NCBI GenBank assembly: GCA_905178155.1
Contig: CAJINV010000004.1
Location: 1,998,391-2,062,390, forward strand
Origin: Amoebophrya sp. A120
Lineage: Eukaryota > Protista > Dinoflagellata
DNA length: 64,000 bases
Direction of reading: 5' to 3'
The notes below the pieces were generated by a model that saw only the letters and a program-made list of their open reading frames with translations, searched no databases and had not been told where the DNA came from. The translations under genes and the position numbers were made by a program. This document shows, in pieces, positions 49,535 to 62,060 of the stretch. How positions within the stretch are numbered: position 1 is the first letter of the stretch; each line of letters opens with the position of its first letter.

Positions 49535-51741
49535 TTAGTGTTTGCCTTTTGTTCCTTTGCCGAATCCATCGTGTTCGGTGCAAACACAGCACGCGTGGCA
49601 CCATATAATGACCTTCTCCTTGGCTCCGAAGAAGATATCGCCTTCATTCAAATTGTTTTCACCTTTATTGTCGTATTTGTACTCATTCAATCCACCTTTC
49701 GCGAAGATCGCGGCGCCGGAGTCGGAATCTTTGGCTTTGCCTTTGCCTTTGCGATCGCGGTAAGAATGGTACATCTTTGCGAATGTCTCGCCGCACACCG
49801 AAACCGAATGTAATTTTTTGCCTTTGCTACTGTGGAAAGTGTAGATATTCCTTCCGTACGTTTCCCGGGGTTCAAGTTCAACGTAAGTTACTCGGTCATA
49901 ATCTTTGCAGTTCATCAACTCGCCGAATCCAGGAGGCTCGCCGCGTGAGAGGAATATCTCCATGTCGGCCGTTTCCGAGATTTCGCATTTTCCGTACAAC
50001 TCGTAGGCGTGCGCGTAACCTTGCACTAAGGTTTCGGGGCCGGTGCCTTCTCCGCTGCTGCCACCTTCGCTGGGGTTGCCCCGCTGCTGACAAGGAGCGG
50101 AGGTATGCGGATAGTTGCTCAGAAACAGAGAGATCGCCTCGTCCACAGTCAGGCCAGCGAGTTTCGAGCAAGTGCGGCTAGTTGCAGTTAGCGAGCGGTC
50201 CGTTGTAGTCCCTGCCATAGTCTTATTTTCCAAGCTCTTTATCACCTCTTCCAAACACGAGAAGTACTTGCGGAGCAAACCAATGTTTTCGTCGGCGAAA
50301 AGTCGCAATGCGCTCCACCGCTCGCTGAAAGGCAATACCTCGCCTATGAGTACCGCATTGCGACCCTTGTGGCAGTGTGAACACTCTGCCACGTCCTCTA
50401 TTTTTCCTTTTCCTTTCTTCCCTGTGCTGCTTAAAATCCAGGCCGACTTTTCCCAGAAAAAATTCTGAAAAAAGTGGCGCTTTTCCAATTCTTCGAAAAG
50501 CTGCGCCAGTCCGTCTTTCCGCGCGACGCAGCCCAGCAGAACTTGCATACATTCCCGGTACTTCGGCGCAAGCCAAGACGAGGATCCGATTTTGAAGCAC
50601 CTGTGGAGAGTTTGAGTTTTCGTATGTAGCAATGTACTTCACCAGCAAGAGATTGATGCATAACACCAAATCAATTTCGCTATCCATCAACTAATAGATA
50701 CTGTATTTGATCAGGGAGCACCTACTTGAAAGCGAGAATATACTTGCCAAGGAAGTCCGCAACGACAGCAGGGATTATTTCCTCCGCTTCCAGCTGGAGA
50801 GCCTGCTTTGCCAGTTCGAAGCAGCGGCCTTCAGCTTCATCAAGGCGGTCCCACTCCAAAACCCCCAGCGCTACTTCCAAGCAAAAACTCTGTCTCTGGG
50901 ACACCGGAAAAAGTTGTCCGCCGCTCTGCTCTTCGTGTTTCTTCCACTCCGAAGGAGGAAGTTCCACGATTGCGCGGCACAGATCTGTGAACCCACTGGT
51001 AACTAGGTAGCAACCGCCCAGGAGACAAGGAAAGCAGTTCCCCCCAAGCGCCGACCTCCTCTCTTTTTCCGGATCCTGCAGGTAGACGCGGTCGTAGATG
51101 AAAGTGCGCGCCTTCTCGACGGTGTTCAGGTCCTTGATCAGCTGCCGCACTCGCTTCCTCCAATCGATCCACTCCCTCGACCCATCGCCATCCTCCTCGA
51201 GCGTGAGCCCGCTACTCACGATGACAAATTGGTACACGATGTGACTATTTTCGAAATTCAGTGCGGTGTCCGGAGATAAAAACGCGTCTGCAGCGGAGGA
51301 AGATGAATGCTCGTTGTCCTTTGTCCCACCGTCGCCACTAGCTTGCCCTGGGAGTGCCTCTTCCTCGCCCGTTCCGTCACTCGCCGGCCCGAAAACGCTG
51401 ACGGCATCCTCGTGCTCCGACAGCATGCTGCAGTCTTCTTCAATTTCCCCCTCCGCATCCTCGTCTTCGCCCACGCCACACGACTCCGCGTCCTCAGCGT
51501 CTTCCACCATAAGCCACCGCAATAGCGAAGCCGGCGGAAAGAGCGGACCGTCGGGGCCGAAGAAGGGGGCTAAGATCGTTCCTGATATTGCGGATAGATC
51601 GTGGACGGTTTTGGTCTTTGTAGGGTCCAGTGTGACAACATGCTCCGCACCGGTGAAATTTCGCACGCGGAGGCTCACGGTAGCAGGCGGGGACGGCAGG
51701 GCTTCCTGCGGTTCAGGCTGTGATGCTGATGGCGTCGACAT
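49535..51741 (-). CDS. Uncharacterised family, paralog 1 (ubiquitin-like N-terminus); 2 exons
   Basis: SLRVRNFTGAEHVVTLDPTKTKTVHDL. A GT-AG intron at 50601-50725 joins ORFs 50722..51741 and 49535..50632 in frame; YRECMQVLLGCVARKDGL matches the other paralogs. Confidence 0.75.
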
Positions 51742-52500
51742 TTTTTCGTTGGGAAGAGAGCGAGAAATCCACTAGTTTCCAGTTGTAAATGATGAACGGC
51801 AACACGCCCCAAGATATTTTTTCACTGCGGTAGCAGTACTTCTCTGTTTTTATTGATATTGATCATTTACTGCTAGAAGCGAACGAGAAACCTGAATGAC
51901 CGAATATGGATTCTTCTATTGGTGAACGCGTCCGTGTGTGAAGCGATAAAATTAACTTTTACTTGGATAAAAATTTGTCGTCGTAAACGCAAACTTGTCT
52001 TTGGTCATCCGAGAGAAAAACTCAACCATGATAAGAATACTAAGCTGCTGCAGTTGTTGCCAAAAAACCTGACCTGAGCGGTCGTTTGTGCCACTTAAAG
52101 CCTGTCGCATCTCATCTTGCATTACCTGCACGGCGAAATGCTATTGCGTGAAAGATCTCACTTTGTTTTCTTGCGTAGAGCAGACATTGATCAGAAGATA
52201 ATATCGCACTACATGTACAGTCTATTGCGGACGAACCGCGCAACGTAGATCGACCGTGAAATGGAGGAAAAGATCCTTTACGCTGTGCTGCGCCAGCTCC
52301 AGTACGAGAACAACCAAATTGTGCGATAAGTCCATCGCAAGCACAACGACCGGAAGCCTGTGTGCAAATCTTTTTTGCCTTTCTTTGCACTGCTAGAAAT
52401 CAGAACTTGAACTTCAGTCGTGATCGAAAGAAAACTTGTAAGTACACTGCTTCTGTCTGGCCTGCTTTGTCAATATCTTGAGTGTGGAAGTGATCTCCTG

Positions 52501-53937
52501 CTAAATTACCAACACTGCAGAGGAGTCGTTAAGCAGGGTCAGCCACAGTTCTTCGACGTCAGTCCACGACACGCCCGCTTCGTGCTTGGCCAATGCCTGG
52601 CGGAAACAATCTTGGAGATTTAAGTACTCGATTTGTCTTCTCAGTGGCTGCAGTTTCGCGAGGTCGGACAATGCGCTAAATTCTAAGTCGTAGCTGATTT
52701 TCAGCTCGTTCAAGAGGTCCTGCAGACGCGTGTAGCAATCTAGGTGGGCGCGCAGCTGTACAGTAAGGCTGGCCCTTAGGCCGTTAACAACGTGCGAAAT
52801 GTCGTAGCGTAGCTGCTCGTCTTCGTTGCTGCTATCGTCCGCTGTGGATGTTGAAGCATACCCGCGACTAACTTCCGCTAGCCACTTTCCTTGTGTGTTT
52901 AAAAGATGCTCCCAGTGGCTGCGGCAGACATCCAGGCCCAGCAGCTTTTCTTCGAGCCGGGAAAAAAACTGCACTACTGCGCCGCGGCTGGCAATGTGTT
53001 TGAGCAGCGCCCTGATGTACGATGGTGAAGAGGTGATATACACGGAGAAAAACACATCAGCCACACAAATATGATCAACATCCGCCACGGCTAGTGCCTG
53101 CTCAAGTACGGCCTCATCCTCGTCCTGCCAGTAGCTGTCACGCAGGCCGTTCGCGACGTACCGCGCGTACTGCTGGCGCTCCGCCACGACGAAGGCCCGG
53201 CCGTTGCTGCGGCGTTCATGCTTTTCCCACTCGGACGAACCGAGTCTCAACGCGGCGTGTGCTAGGTGCACCCACCCTTGCGTCACTACTGCTCTACCAG
53301 TGGCAACATGACTGGACTTGTAGGGAAGGAGAACGTATCCACTTGACCAAACTGGCTCGCTGCGACAGGCGTCCTCGAACTTCCTGTCTTCGTGGGCACC
53401 GCAAAAAAAAAATTCGTGCGCGTCCGCCACGGACGTAATGCTTCCGTCGAGCTCCAAGCAGATCCTTTCTGCGTGCGCGCGCTCCGATTCGCCCTCCCGG
53501 CGCTGCAGGATTGGCGCAAGAGGGGTATACGCGATCGTGAATTGGTACACGTAGCTCGAGATTCCAAACTCAAGCTCCGTCCCTGACGCAAGGAATTCGC
53601 TCGGGATTGCGTCCTCCTCTGCCGGTGTGTTCTCTTCTAGCCCGCGGCGTTCCTCGTCGTCCTCCGCGTCCGTCGCGTGATCGTCGCGGACCAGGAGCCA
53701 CCGAAGTAAGGTGCTCGGCGGTACGAGGTCGGTCGTGAAGTCGAAAAACGGCGCGAGTAGTCTTCGCGGATCGCGCGACAAGTCGCGGATGGTTTTCACC
53801 TGTGCGGGATCCACGTCAATTGCGTGTTCCACACCATTGAGATTCCGGATTCGGAGCGAACAACTCCCTGTCGGCTCAGCCGGCGGCTGAGCCTGCGGGT
53901 CGGAGGAGGCTGAAGCTCTGCCGTCGGGGGCTGCCAT
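52501..53937 (-). CDS. Uncharacterised family, paralog 2 (ubiquitin-like N-terminus)
   Basis: Intronless ORF; SLRIRNLNGVEHAIDVDPAQVKTIRDL, YQFTIA, EWEKHERRSNG, WTDVEELW. Confidence 0.8.
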   Translation of the reverse strand: MAAPDGRASASSDPQAQPPAEPTGSCSLRIRNLNGVEHAIDVDPAQVKTIRDLSRDPRRLLAPFFDFTTDLVPPSTLLRWLLVRDDHATDAEDDEERRGLEENTPAEEDAIPSEFLASGTELEFGISSYVYQFTIAYTPLAPILQRREGESERAHAERICLELDGSITSVADAHEFFFCGAHEDRKFEDACRSEPVWSSGYVLLPYKSSHVATGRAVVTQGWVHLAHAALRLGSSEWEKHERRSNGRAFVVAERQQYARYVANGLRDSYWQDEDEAVLEQALAVADVDHICVADVFFSVYITSSPSYIRALLKHIASRGAVVQFFSRLEEKLLGLDVCRSHWEHLLNTQGKWLAEVSRGYASTSTADDSSNEDEQLRYDISHVVNGLRASLTVQLRAHLDCYTRLQDLLNELKISYDLEFSALSDLAKLQPLRRQIEYLNLQDCFRQALAKHEAGVSWTDVEELWLTLLNDSSAVLVI

Positions 53938-54493
53938 ATCTTTTTTCTTACTCGACTGATCCGTTGTGATTTTCGTTTTCCTCTTAGTGTAATAAAAAAA
54001 AGTCAAGCAGATTCCAACTAAAAATCACTCTTTCTTCGCGACATTGGATTGCCGAAGCAGACGAACCTCTCTCAAGTTCGTTTGGAGATGACGAGGAATT
54101 CGAATTACTTAGATCTGCTACAGAAGTACTCCCCATGCCATCCTGGCTCTCTCTTGCAACGAACAAGGAAAGAATACAACTAACTACACTGAGGCGCTCT
54201 CCTTTGAGTTCTCTCATCTCGTGCAAAAGCGATACAACCTTCTTGGAGTTGGGAAAACACATGCAGCGCACCATGCCTACTGCCCATGTGCGACTACCGA
54301 GATGGATGTCTTGGTGGTAGTAGAAGTTCATCCTGCATTACAAGGATTCACAGCACATCGAAATAAAGCGATTCGGCTTTTCGTACGAATATAAAATTTG
54401 AAATTATCAAGTCACTAATTCGCTGAAGAGTCCTACACAACTGATGCTGTATGTATACTCGTCTGAAATCCGGAGCAACTATGTCTCCCGCCA

Positions 54494-56150
54494 TCAGTGT
54501 TTCCCGCTGATCTGATAATCTAAAATCCGCCTGATGAAAGCGAATTCCGTGTAGCGGACGTCCTCCCGATCCCAGCCGCCGGCCGCCAATTTACGCCCGT
54601 ACCCCTTCTCCGCCAGCCAGCCCTCCGGGCCCCACGCGGCAAACTTGCGCTGCTCGACCTCGCTGCCACACAGGTCCGCGGCGTCGTGTTTGAATTGCTG
54701 CAGCGCCTCCAGGTCGCTCCCCAGCGGAGAGAAGTGGGTCAGCGGGCCGAAGTGGTGGGCGCACGCACCCAGCGTGGCGTCAATCAGGAGTTTGTCCACG
54801 TCCTCTTCCGTCACAACTGGCTCCTGCATGGAATCGTGAAATTCGTCAAACTTCTTCACTGCTTCCAAATAGCTTCTCAGAAACGCTCTCCTCATGTCGC
54901 GCACGTCGTCGCGGGCGAGGGTCCGCTGCTCCCGCGGCATGTCTTCGTAGTGAAAACACACGTATCCCAGATCGTTCCACGCCGCTGCGGCGGTTGTGAA
55001 CTCCAAGTCCAAAAAACGGAGACTGCGAGGGTCATCTTGATCTTCACGAGCATTTTTATCATTCCCGTCAACTTCATCGCGGGATGAAGCCGCGGAGGAT
55101 GTCGTGCCAGAAGTGCCAGTCACTTTACCTTCAAAAATCCTGGCTTCCCCCCCATCCGCTGTACCATTTCCAAAAATCGCCACCATGTTTCCCGCGTGCA
55201 AGTCGCCATGGCACGTGACGATTTTCCCGCCGGCCGCGGTCAACGGTGTGAACATCGGCTCTACGTATTCAGCCAGCCATTTCGCGGCCTCCGATCCTGG
55301 TGCTTGCTTAGCTTGCAAGACCGCCTCGCCCAAGAGCTGCTCCGTGCGACAGCTATAGATACCACCAAATATGGGAGGCGTTAGGATCGCGATCCGATCG
55401 AGATGTTGAGACGGAAGAAGTAGACAACTCGTCCTTTGTAATATCCCTGTACGACTGCCCCAACGGCGGAAATTGCTTCTTCAACCTTTCGCGGAACGGC
55501 TCGTACCAAGTTGGAGGGACGGATTGATGCAGCCGCGCGACCTCGCGCCCCAGAAGTTTCATGTCGGCGATGGTTTGTAGTGCGAAGAATGGAGGTTCGA
55601 CGGTTTCGTTTGTTCCTTTCTCCTGGTCAGCATCTTGCCGTTCTCCTAACTGCAACCACTCGTTAAGAAACCAATCTACGCCGCTCGCAACGTGCTTTGG
55701 GAAGAGGTTTTTCTCGCTCATGATTTGAATGGCGGCGATGGTGCGCTCTTCCGAGTCGGGGTCCAGTTCCGGGTCGCGCGAGCAGAATCCCAGAGTCAGG
55801 GTTTGTCTTTCTTTTGCAAGGGTAGAAGAAGCAGATGAACTTGCTCCACCCTCGCTCGCGGTAGGACGAGCAGTGGTTGATACTGCATTTTTTCCATCTT
55901 CAATTACTACACCCTCGCTGGGGCTGGCCACAGAGGGTTTATTGTCAACAGTAAACTCCAAACTGATCTTGTAAGTCTTGCTCCCACCGCATCCGCTCCG
56001 GTCGTGTACTTGGATGGAATCGTGTAGAATGGTGTGCTTGGCCGGGTCAAAGAGATCACTCGGATGTTCTGAGAGGATCTTCGCCACAAAAATACCAAGG
56101 CTTTCAAGATCCTCGCGAAGAGGGAAAGATTTGGTGTTGGCTGTCGACAT
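54494..56150 (-). CDS. Choline/ethanolamine kinase / APH-like phosphotransferase, interrupted by a frameshift near 55355
   Basis: SGCGGSKTYKI, VTCHGDLHAGNM (Brenner motif), FLDLEF...NDLGY. The two ORFs are offset at TGG TGG TATC TAT AGC. Confidence 0.7.
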
Positions 56151-56977
56151 GTCGTATTTCGCTTTAAGAGAAGTGTGATAAGCTATCTTGTGCCAGAGTT
56201 ATTGTGTATTTTCAGCGGCGCTGCCGTACAGCTGGATTAAGAAACTAGTAGCGCGGCGGGTGCCGTCACGAGACCGAATCAATTGTAGTTTCCTATGAGC
56301 AGAGGATGATCATGACCTGAAAACAAACACTTCTACTCGTGATAGTTCGTGATCGTGACAGTATGCCATACTTACAGTATTCGCTTGCTTTCATCTTCCA
56401 ATCGTACTTCAGATATTAAATGTGCGAAAGGAGGGAGAAAACCGATCGGTGCAGACAAATTTTTCACATCACAATGGACCGAGAAGTGTTTTTTTTTTTG
56501 AAATTAACCGAGAATCTTCTTCACGCAATACAAGCAGAAATCTTCCCGATGATATTGATAAATGGAGAATGGCAGTCGCATCAACTTTTCCTATGCACTC
56601 GTGGAACTGGGAAGATGGAAGATGACCTTAATCAGCTTTTTTTCTGGTTGACTAAAGGATGTTGAAACTGAAGTACTTACAGCTTCATGTTCATTATCCA
56701 CGTAGGAAATCAGACTTCTCAACTTCAAAAATACTTCAAGGGCATTAGCTGGCCGCGCCATTTATATTTACTCTTTGTCAATTGTCCACATGGTCCTTTG
56801 CTGATGACCGGATGTCTGAAGATCAAGATTTGAAACTCGCGCATCTGGCCCCTTCATCTTTTTCGGTCTTGCGCCCAAGCCGGCGCTTAGTTGCGCTTTC
56901 TAGTGACAACGATTCACCGTCTGGAGACTCACTGCACTCGTGCCTTCGGTTTTAGCTGTTGCCGTTTGGCCCAAAAG

Positions 56978-59767
56978 TTACAACTTATGCTGCTCCATCA
57001 TCGCGCGCAGCTCCTCCGATGCCACTTCGGACAGGATCCCCTCGGCGACCTCTATCAAGTTTGCGGGCTTTTCCGTCGAACCCTGGCCTGCGCCGGTTTC
57101 CCCGCAGAAAAAAATCTTTTCCAGTTCTCGCCGAGTTTCCCAGCGCATCTGTATCCCGGTGGGAAATCCACTTTTTGTTTTTCGCTTTTTTCTAGTTTAT
57201 GCTGAGCTGTGTAAATGACAGAGACCGAAATCTTTGCTGCAGTTCTTCTTCTAATATGTCCAAATTTAAAACAACTTTTTTTCCATTGTCTCTGAATGTA
57301 AAGGAGCCCTTTCGATGATCCAGCAACACGACAGAGCGGTCGTGACTTCTGTGAAGATATTTTTTTATACTTCTGAACAAGGACTGACGTGAAAAACAAA
57401 TTGGTGGATTTCCCCTGTCTACCCTGTCCCAGCAGCTCGAAAGCCATCGGCTGGGAAAAGCCGAGTATGCGCAGGGCCGTGTACCCGACTATGCCGGTCC
57501 GGTGCAAGCCGGCAGAGCAATGAACCGCTACTGTTTTTCCGCGCAGCAAGCTCGCGGCCACCAAGGCCGCGGCCCGTGTCACCGCGGTTCGATCTTTCTC
57601 CGCATCCTGCATTGCTGCGCCTGAGATGGGGAGATGTACCCACTCTGGTCTTCTTCTATTCGGGAGGACTGCGAGGTCTTCATTTTCGAAAGGAACTTTC
57701 GGTGTTGACGTGGAGTCGACCTCTTCAGGTGCATCAGCAATCAATGCAGGAGGCTCGGCCTGAACCTCTTTTGGAGAGGAACAGGGTCGTCGGCCACGTA
57801 GAAATCTTGTTGAAATACAGTGGCCAAGAGACAGAATTTCTGAAGACTCATCGTGATTTCTTTGATCAGCACTCCATTCGTCTCCATCGGCACACACGGT
57901 GTTTGCCACCGCCGCGAAGCTCAACCCCCGTTGCTGCAACTCGTCGTCCCGAAGTAGCGTCACGACGAAATCCAGTCCCTTGGCCCAACTCTCCAAAGTT
58001 TTCATTCCGGGCGCCCCACATAGCACCAGCCTGCCTTTGCGGACTGGGAAACAAGAACCGGGTCTGCTCGTCGGTTTTTTAGACGCAGAAGGTTGATGTT
58101 CTTCGATAACTCTAGTAGTACCAGCCTTGCTAGAACTTGAGCTCGTGGCTGCTGCTATAAAACTACCGCCCACGATAATTTCCTTTGCCGCTAACAGCCG
58201 CGCCTCGGGGGAAGCAAACCAAGTAACTCTGATCTTTTCTTCATCAGTCTGCTCAACAGCAGATGCAGTAGAATTCTGGTTGGAGCTACCACTCCCGCTT
58301 TTCTTTTTTGCCGCGAGCCACGCGAAAAGAATCGTCTTGGTGCCTTTGTTCATCGCGTCCTGTGCCATCAATCCGACTTCCTTCGGGGAAGAGAAATTGG
58401 GCGCAACTGTATCCCGCAAAAACTCCAATTCCTTGTCTGCGAGTTCCACGCGCTCCTGCAACAGACGCTCCGCGACTGCACCGTAATCCAACACGCCACA
58501 ATTCCGCATTTTCACCACCGCCTCCTCCACACCGGCCCAAGATTTGGCCCCGGCAATTACGTGGTCGAGCCACTGCTTTGTCGGCTGCGGCACGCCGCTG
58601 CGCGCCAATTTCTTGTACACCGCGCTCTTCACCTTGTACTTTTTTAGAAGCGGCACTGCCATCTCGACCACGAACCCCTCCCGCAGGTCCGCCAGGGTCC
58701 CGCAGCGGTCCAGCACCGCCAGCTTCTCGCGCAATTCCGCCACCGTGCACACCTCACAGGGCGCGTGGGTGCTGGGCGCGGTAAGCTTTATTTTTCGTGC
58801 GACCGCTTCCAAATTCGTGGAGGATATAACTTCGCCGGTACTAGCGTCGCAGGCGTAGAGCAAGACGAGCCTGTTTTCCCCGCGGTTGTTTTCCACCTTG
58901 GCATCCTTGTCGTGAATCAACTCGAAACCAAGGGTCCAGGCCTCCATTTGTTCGGAAAGGATTAGAGCCGTCTCTTCCGACAGCAACTCCCTCGCCAGCT
59001 GCGTCTGCAACGTCCGGATCGCCCCACGGGTGAATAGAAGCAGCTCCCCGCGGAAGACCGTGACGAGGACACAGCTACCGTCAAACTTTTGCATACAGGT
59101 CACCGGCAGTTGCTGTCCTCGGGGAGAGTCAGGAGAACCACTCGATGCATCGGGTTCTTGGGTTGGTGGTTTCCTGGAATCGGGTTTGAAAGCGTCGCTC
59201 CCATCGGTGTGTGCAACCGCCGACTCAAAAATGTACCGCTTCGCCTCCGCACAGTGTTCGTACCCGTGGAACTTGACCATCGGTTTCACCACGATTTCTG
59301 GGGGACAACCGGATTTCTTGAACAGCACGCACCCCCGCGCCACTTGCAGTATGCAGAAGCAAAAGCGTTGATAAATATAGTCGTGGAATATGCATATCAG
59401 TACAGTATTCTTCAACTACGGGCTGCGTCAGGTTTTAGAATGGAAAAACAAAAAACAATGACAAATTTTCCATGGTAGAAAAAACTATGTACTTACTTAC
59501 TCTTAGTCCTACTCACAACAAGCGGCCCACCATAATGTCAATCGCTTTGTAATGCGTACCCATGCGCCAGTCCCAGTTTTCCGGCGGGGTGGACTCGTTG
59601 TAGCTGTCGGTGTAGTTAACGACCAAAAGCTCGCCGTCCCGAAAATCGGAGCAGGTAATCTTGACGTGGTTTCGTTTCTCCTGCTCCCGGTAGTACGCGA
59701 GCAATCCGCGCAGGGCCTCCGCATCGCCCGATCTGGCAAGGTCCGCGAGCGGGTGCAGAGTAGTCAT
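56978..59767 (-). CDS. T4 Rnl1-like ATP-dependent RNA ligase fused to a C-terminal cysteine (PTP/DSP-type) phosphatase
   Basis: LLVVNYT, ARGCVL, KPMVKFH, motif I QKFDGS, GFELIH, motif IV EGFVV, motif V KVKS; phosphatase P-loop VHCSAGLHRTG. GT-AG intron at 59343-59559. The 3' exons are approximate. Confidence 0.8.
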
Positions 59768-60488
59768 GGTTTTGCCAAAAGCAAAAAAACATGTGTAGAA
59801 CAAAACATCCAGACCTCAAAGATAAATACAGGCTCGCCAGACATAGAAAAGAGCTACTTCCAAATGTTTGCCGTGGACTCGCCGTGGATCGTCATAACAG
59901 ACTGATAAATCTATTATTTGGTTGTAAACATCCGCATGCTTGTACCTAAAGCTGACAAACTACCGCCCCACACTCGGTTCAAAACTGATGAACGCGAGAA
60001 GTGCGCGAGATCCTTCTTGTAGGCCGCAGATCTCGTCGTGAGGATCGGTTTCCAACTCTCATGATCCTGCTCTAACTCTGGAAAGTCTCAGGACTCACCA
60101 GCTCCAGACCTGTGTACAGAGTGATTACTTTTGCAGAGCCGAGGAATCTTCCGTGGATGAGCGGCAGCAATGACGATCTATTTGCTGGATATCAAAATCA
60201 GCAGAGACCTTTTTACATACCTCCAGGTGCGATCAAGTTCCACTCTTAGCGATGGCGAAGACGACGCGCAACAAAATGAAGATGCCATGAAAGCTCTTGC
60301 AGGACTTCGCGAAACCCCACTTGCTTTCGCTTTTCTTTATTTCGCAACTTGCCAAGAAATCAGAAAAAAGCTCGCAAGGTCCAGGAAAGCATCAGTTGCC
60401 TTTTCCTCTTCAAATACGAGTTCATTTTTTGGACAATGTCCTGCTTTGCTTCATTGGCTTCTTAGCAGTGCGGACGCACTGAGCCAAG

Positions 60489-62060
60489 TCACACATTCCG
60501 CCACAGATCCTCGACATCAGACCACTTTAACCAAGTGAGATCGTACTTTTCGCATTCTCGCTCCATCAATTCGCGGAAATGGGCAGTTACTCCAGCGTGT
60601 TCGAGCCTTTCTCCGTTGGTCTTGAGATCCTCGACCTCTTGTAGCGGCTGCATGATTGGCTGGAGATCATGGTCGATGTCCAGCTCCTGGAGCAGCGCAG
60701 AGAGGTATCGCCAAGCTTTCAGAAGCATTTTCATCTTCGCGTCCATTTGGTGGACAATGTGCACCCGGAGTGTGTTCTCGAGGTCTTTGCGTGCAGACGC
60801 GACATCGTATACGAGCGGCTTTGTCCTCAGGCGTGCCAGAAAGAGGCATGCGTGTGGCGAGAGGCATTTTTTCAACGTTCTGCAGCCGAGATGCTTAGCT
60901 TCGATAGCAGAGGACATCTCCGCCAAGCGGCCTTTGCTCGCAATGCATTGGATGAGCAATTTCATGTAGTCGCGGAAACGGTCTGCAGTACCACGATCAT
61001 TCGCATCGCAAACGATTCTCAATGCCACCCAATCGAAATCCACGGCAGCTATTCCCAATTCGAGCGTCTGCTGCAACAGGGCGAGGTAGACTTCCCTGCT
61101 GGTGCTCATCCCGGCGAGGTCGTGGCCCTTGTCTCCCTCGTTCTCGTGGTCCTCGTCTACCTCGAACTCGTAACGATTACCGAAGACTTCCCTTGCGACC
61201 TTAAAGCAGAAATCTTCGCGAAGCGCTAAACTAAAGTACAGCCCACCACTCTGCAGCTCGTGCTTTCGCCACTCCTCAGCGCTCATCGCAACAGCTGCAC
61301 GCACTAGATTCCATTGGCCCCGCGAATCCGGTAAAGGTTGCGACGCAGCAGCACGTGGTGGCTCATTCTGGACCAGGTGCGCGACCGGTATGCAACCGTT
61401 CCCGACGTACAGGAGGTCCCAATCTTTCGCCGGTATATTGGCGTAGATGCGGTCGTAGATGAACGCTTGCGCGTCTTCCACGGTTGTCAGACTGTCAACC
61501 ACCCCGACCGTACGAGTTTCCCACTCCTCCGGCGATTCCTCCTTCGCGCGAGGACGCAGGTTGAACCCGCTGTGCGCGATGACGAACTGGTACGCAATTT
61601 CTCTGCCGAACTCCATCTCCGATCCCGCATCAAGAAAAGCACTCGGCGTCGCATCACTGTGCTTATCTCCTGCTGTTTCGCCTTGTTTTCCGTCCGCGGT
61701 GGCTTCTTCCCCAGAACTATCCCCGGCTTCGCTGCTGCCATCACTATGATTCGTGTAGTCAAGATCTGCGCCATCATCACACCAACTGTTCGCACCGTCT
61801 GAGTCGTCCGCCTCCACCTCATCGCGAATTTGGATCCAGCGGACCAAGGAGGGCGACGGAACCAGGTCCGTCTCCAGGTTGAGGAACAGCGAGAAGAAAT
61901 TCGTGCTGTAGAGGTCGCCCACTTTCGACACCTTGCTAGGGTCAACCGTGATGGTGTGCTCGGTGCCGGTGAAATTCCGGATCCTGATGCGTGCTGTTGA
62001 TGAGTGCGTGCTGGCGTCCACCGGGGACGCACCACGGAGTTTTTCTGAAGCTTGACTCAT
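60489..62060 (-). CDS. Uncharacterised family, paralog 3 (ubiquitin-like N-terminus)
   Basis: 523-aa intronless ORF; RIRIRNFTGTEHTITVDPSKVSKVGDL, YQFVIA, EWRKHELQSGG, WSDVEDLW. Confidence 0.8.
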   Translation of the reverse strand: MSQASEKLRGASPVDASTHSSTARIRIRNFTGTEHTITVDPSKVSKVGDLYSTNFFSLFLNLETDLVPSPSLVRWIQIRDEVEADDSDGANSWCDDGADLDYTNHSDGSSEAGDSSGEEATADGKQGETAGDKHSDATPSAFLDAGSEMEFGREIAYQFVIAHSGFNLRPRAKEESPEEWETRTVGVVDSLTTVEDAQAFIYDRIYANIPAKDWDLLYVGNGCIPVAHLVQNEPPRAAASQPLPDSRGQWNLVRAAVAMSAEEWRKHELQSGGLYFSLALREDFCFKVAREVFGNRYEFEVDEDHENEGDKGHDLAGMSTSREVYLALLQQTLELGIAAVDFDWVALRIVCDANDRGTADRFRDYMKLLIQCIASKGRLAEMSSAIEAKHLGCRTLKKCLSPHACLFLARLRTKPLVYDVASARKDLENTLRVHIVHQMDAKMKMLLKAWRYLSALLQELDIDHDLQPIMQPLQEVEDLKTNGERLEHAGVTAHFRELMERECEKYDLTWLKWSDVEDLWRNV

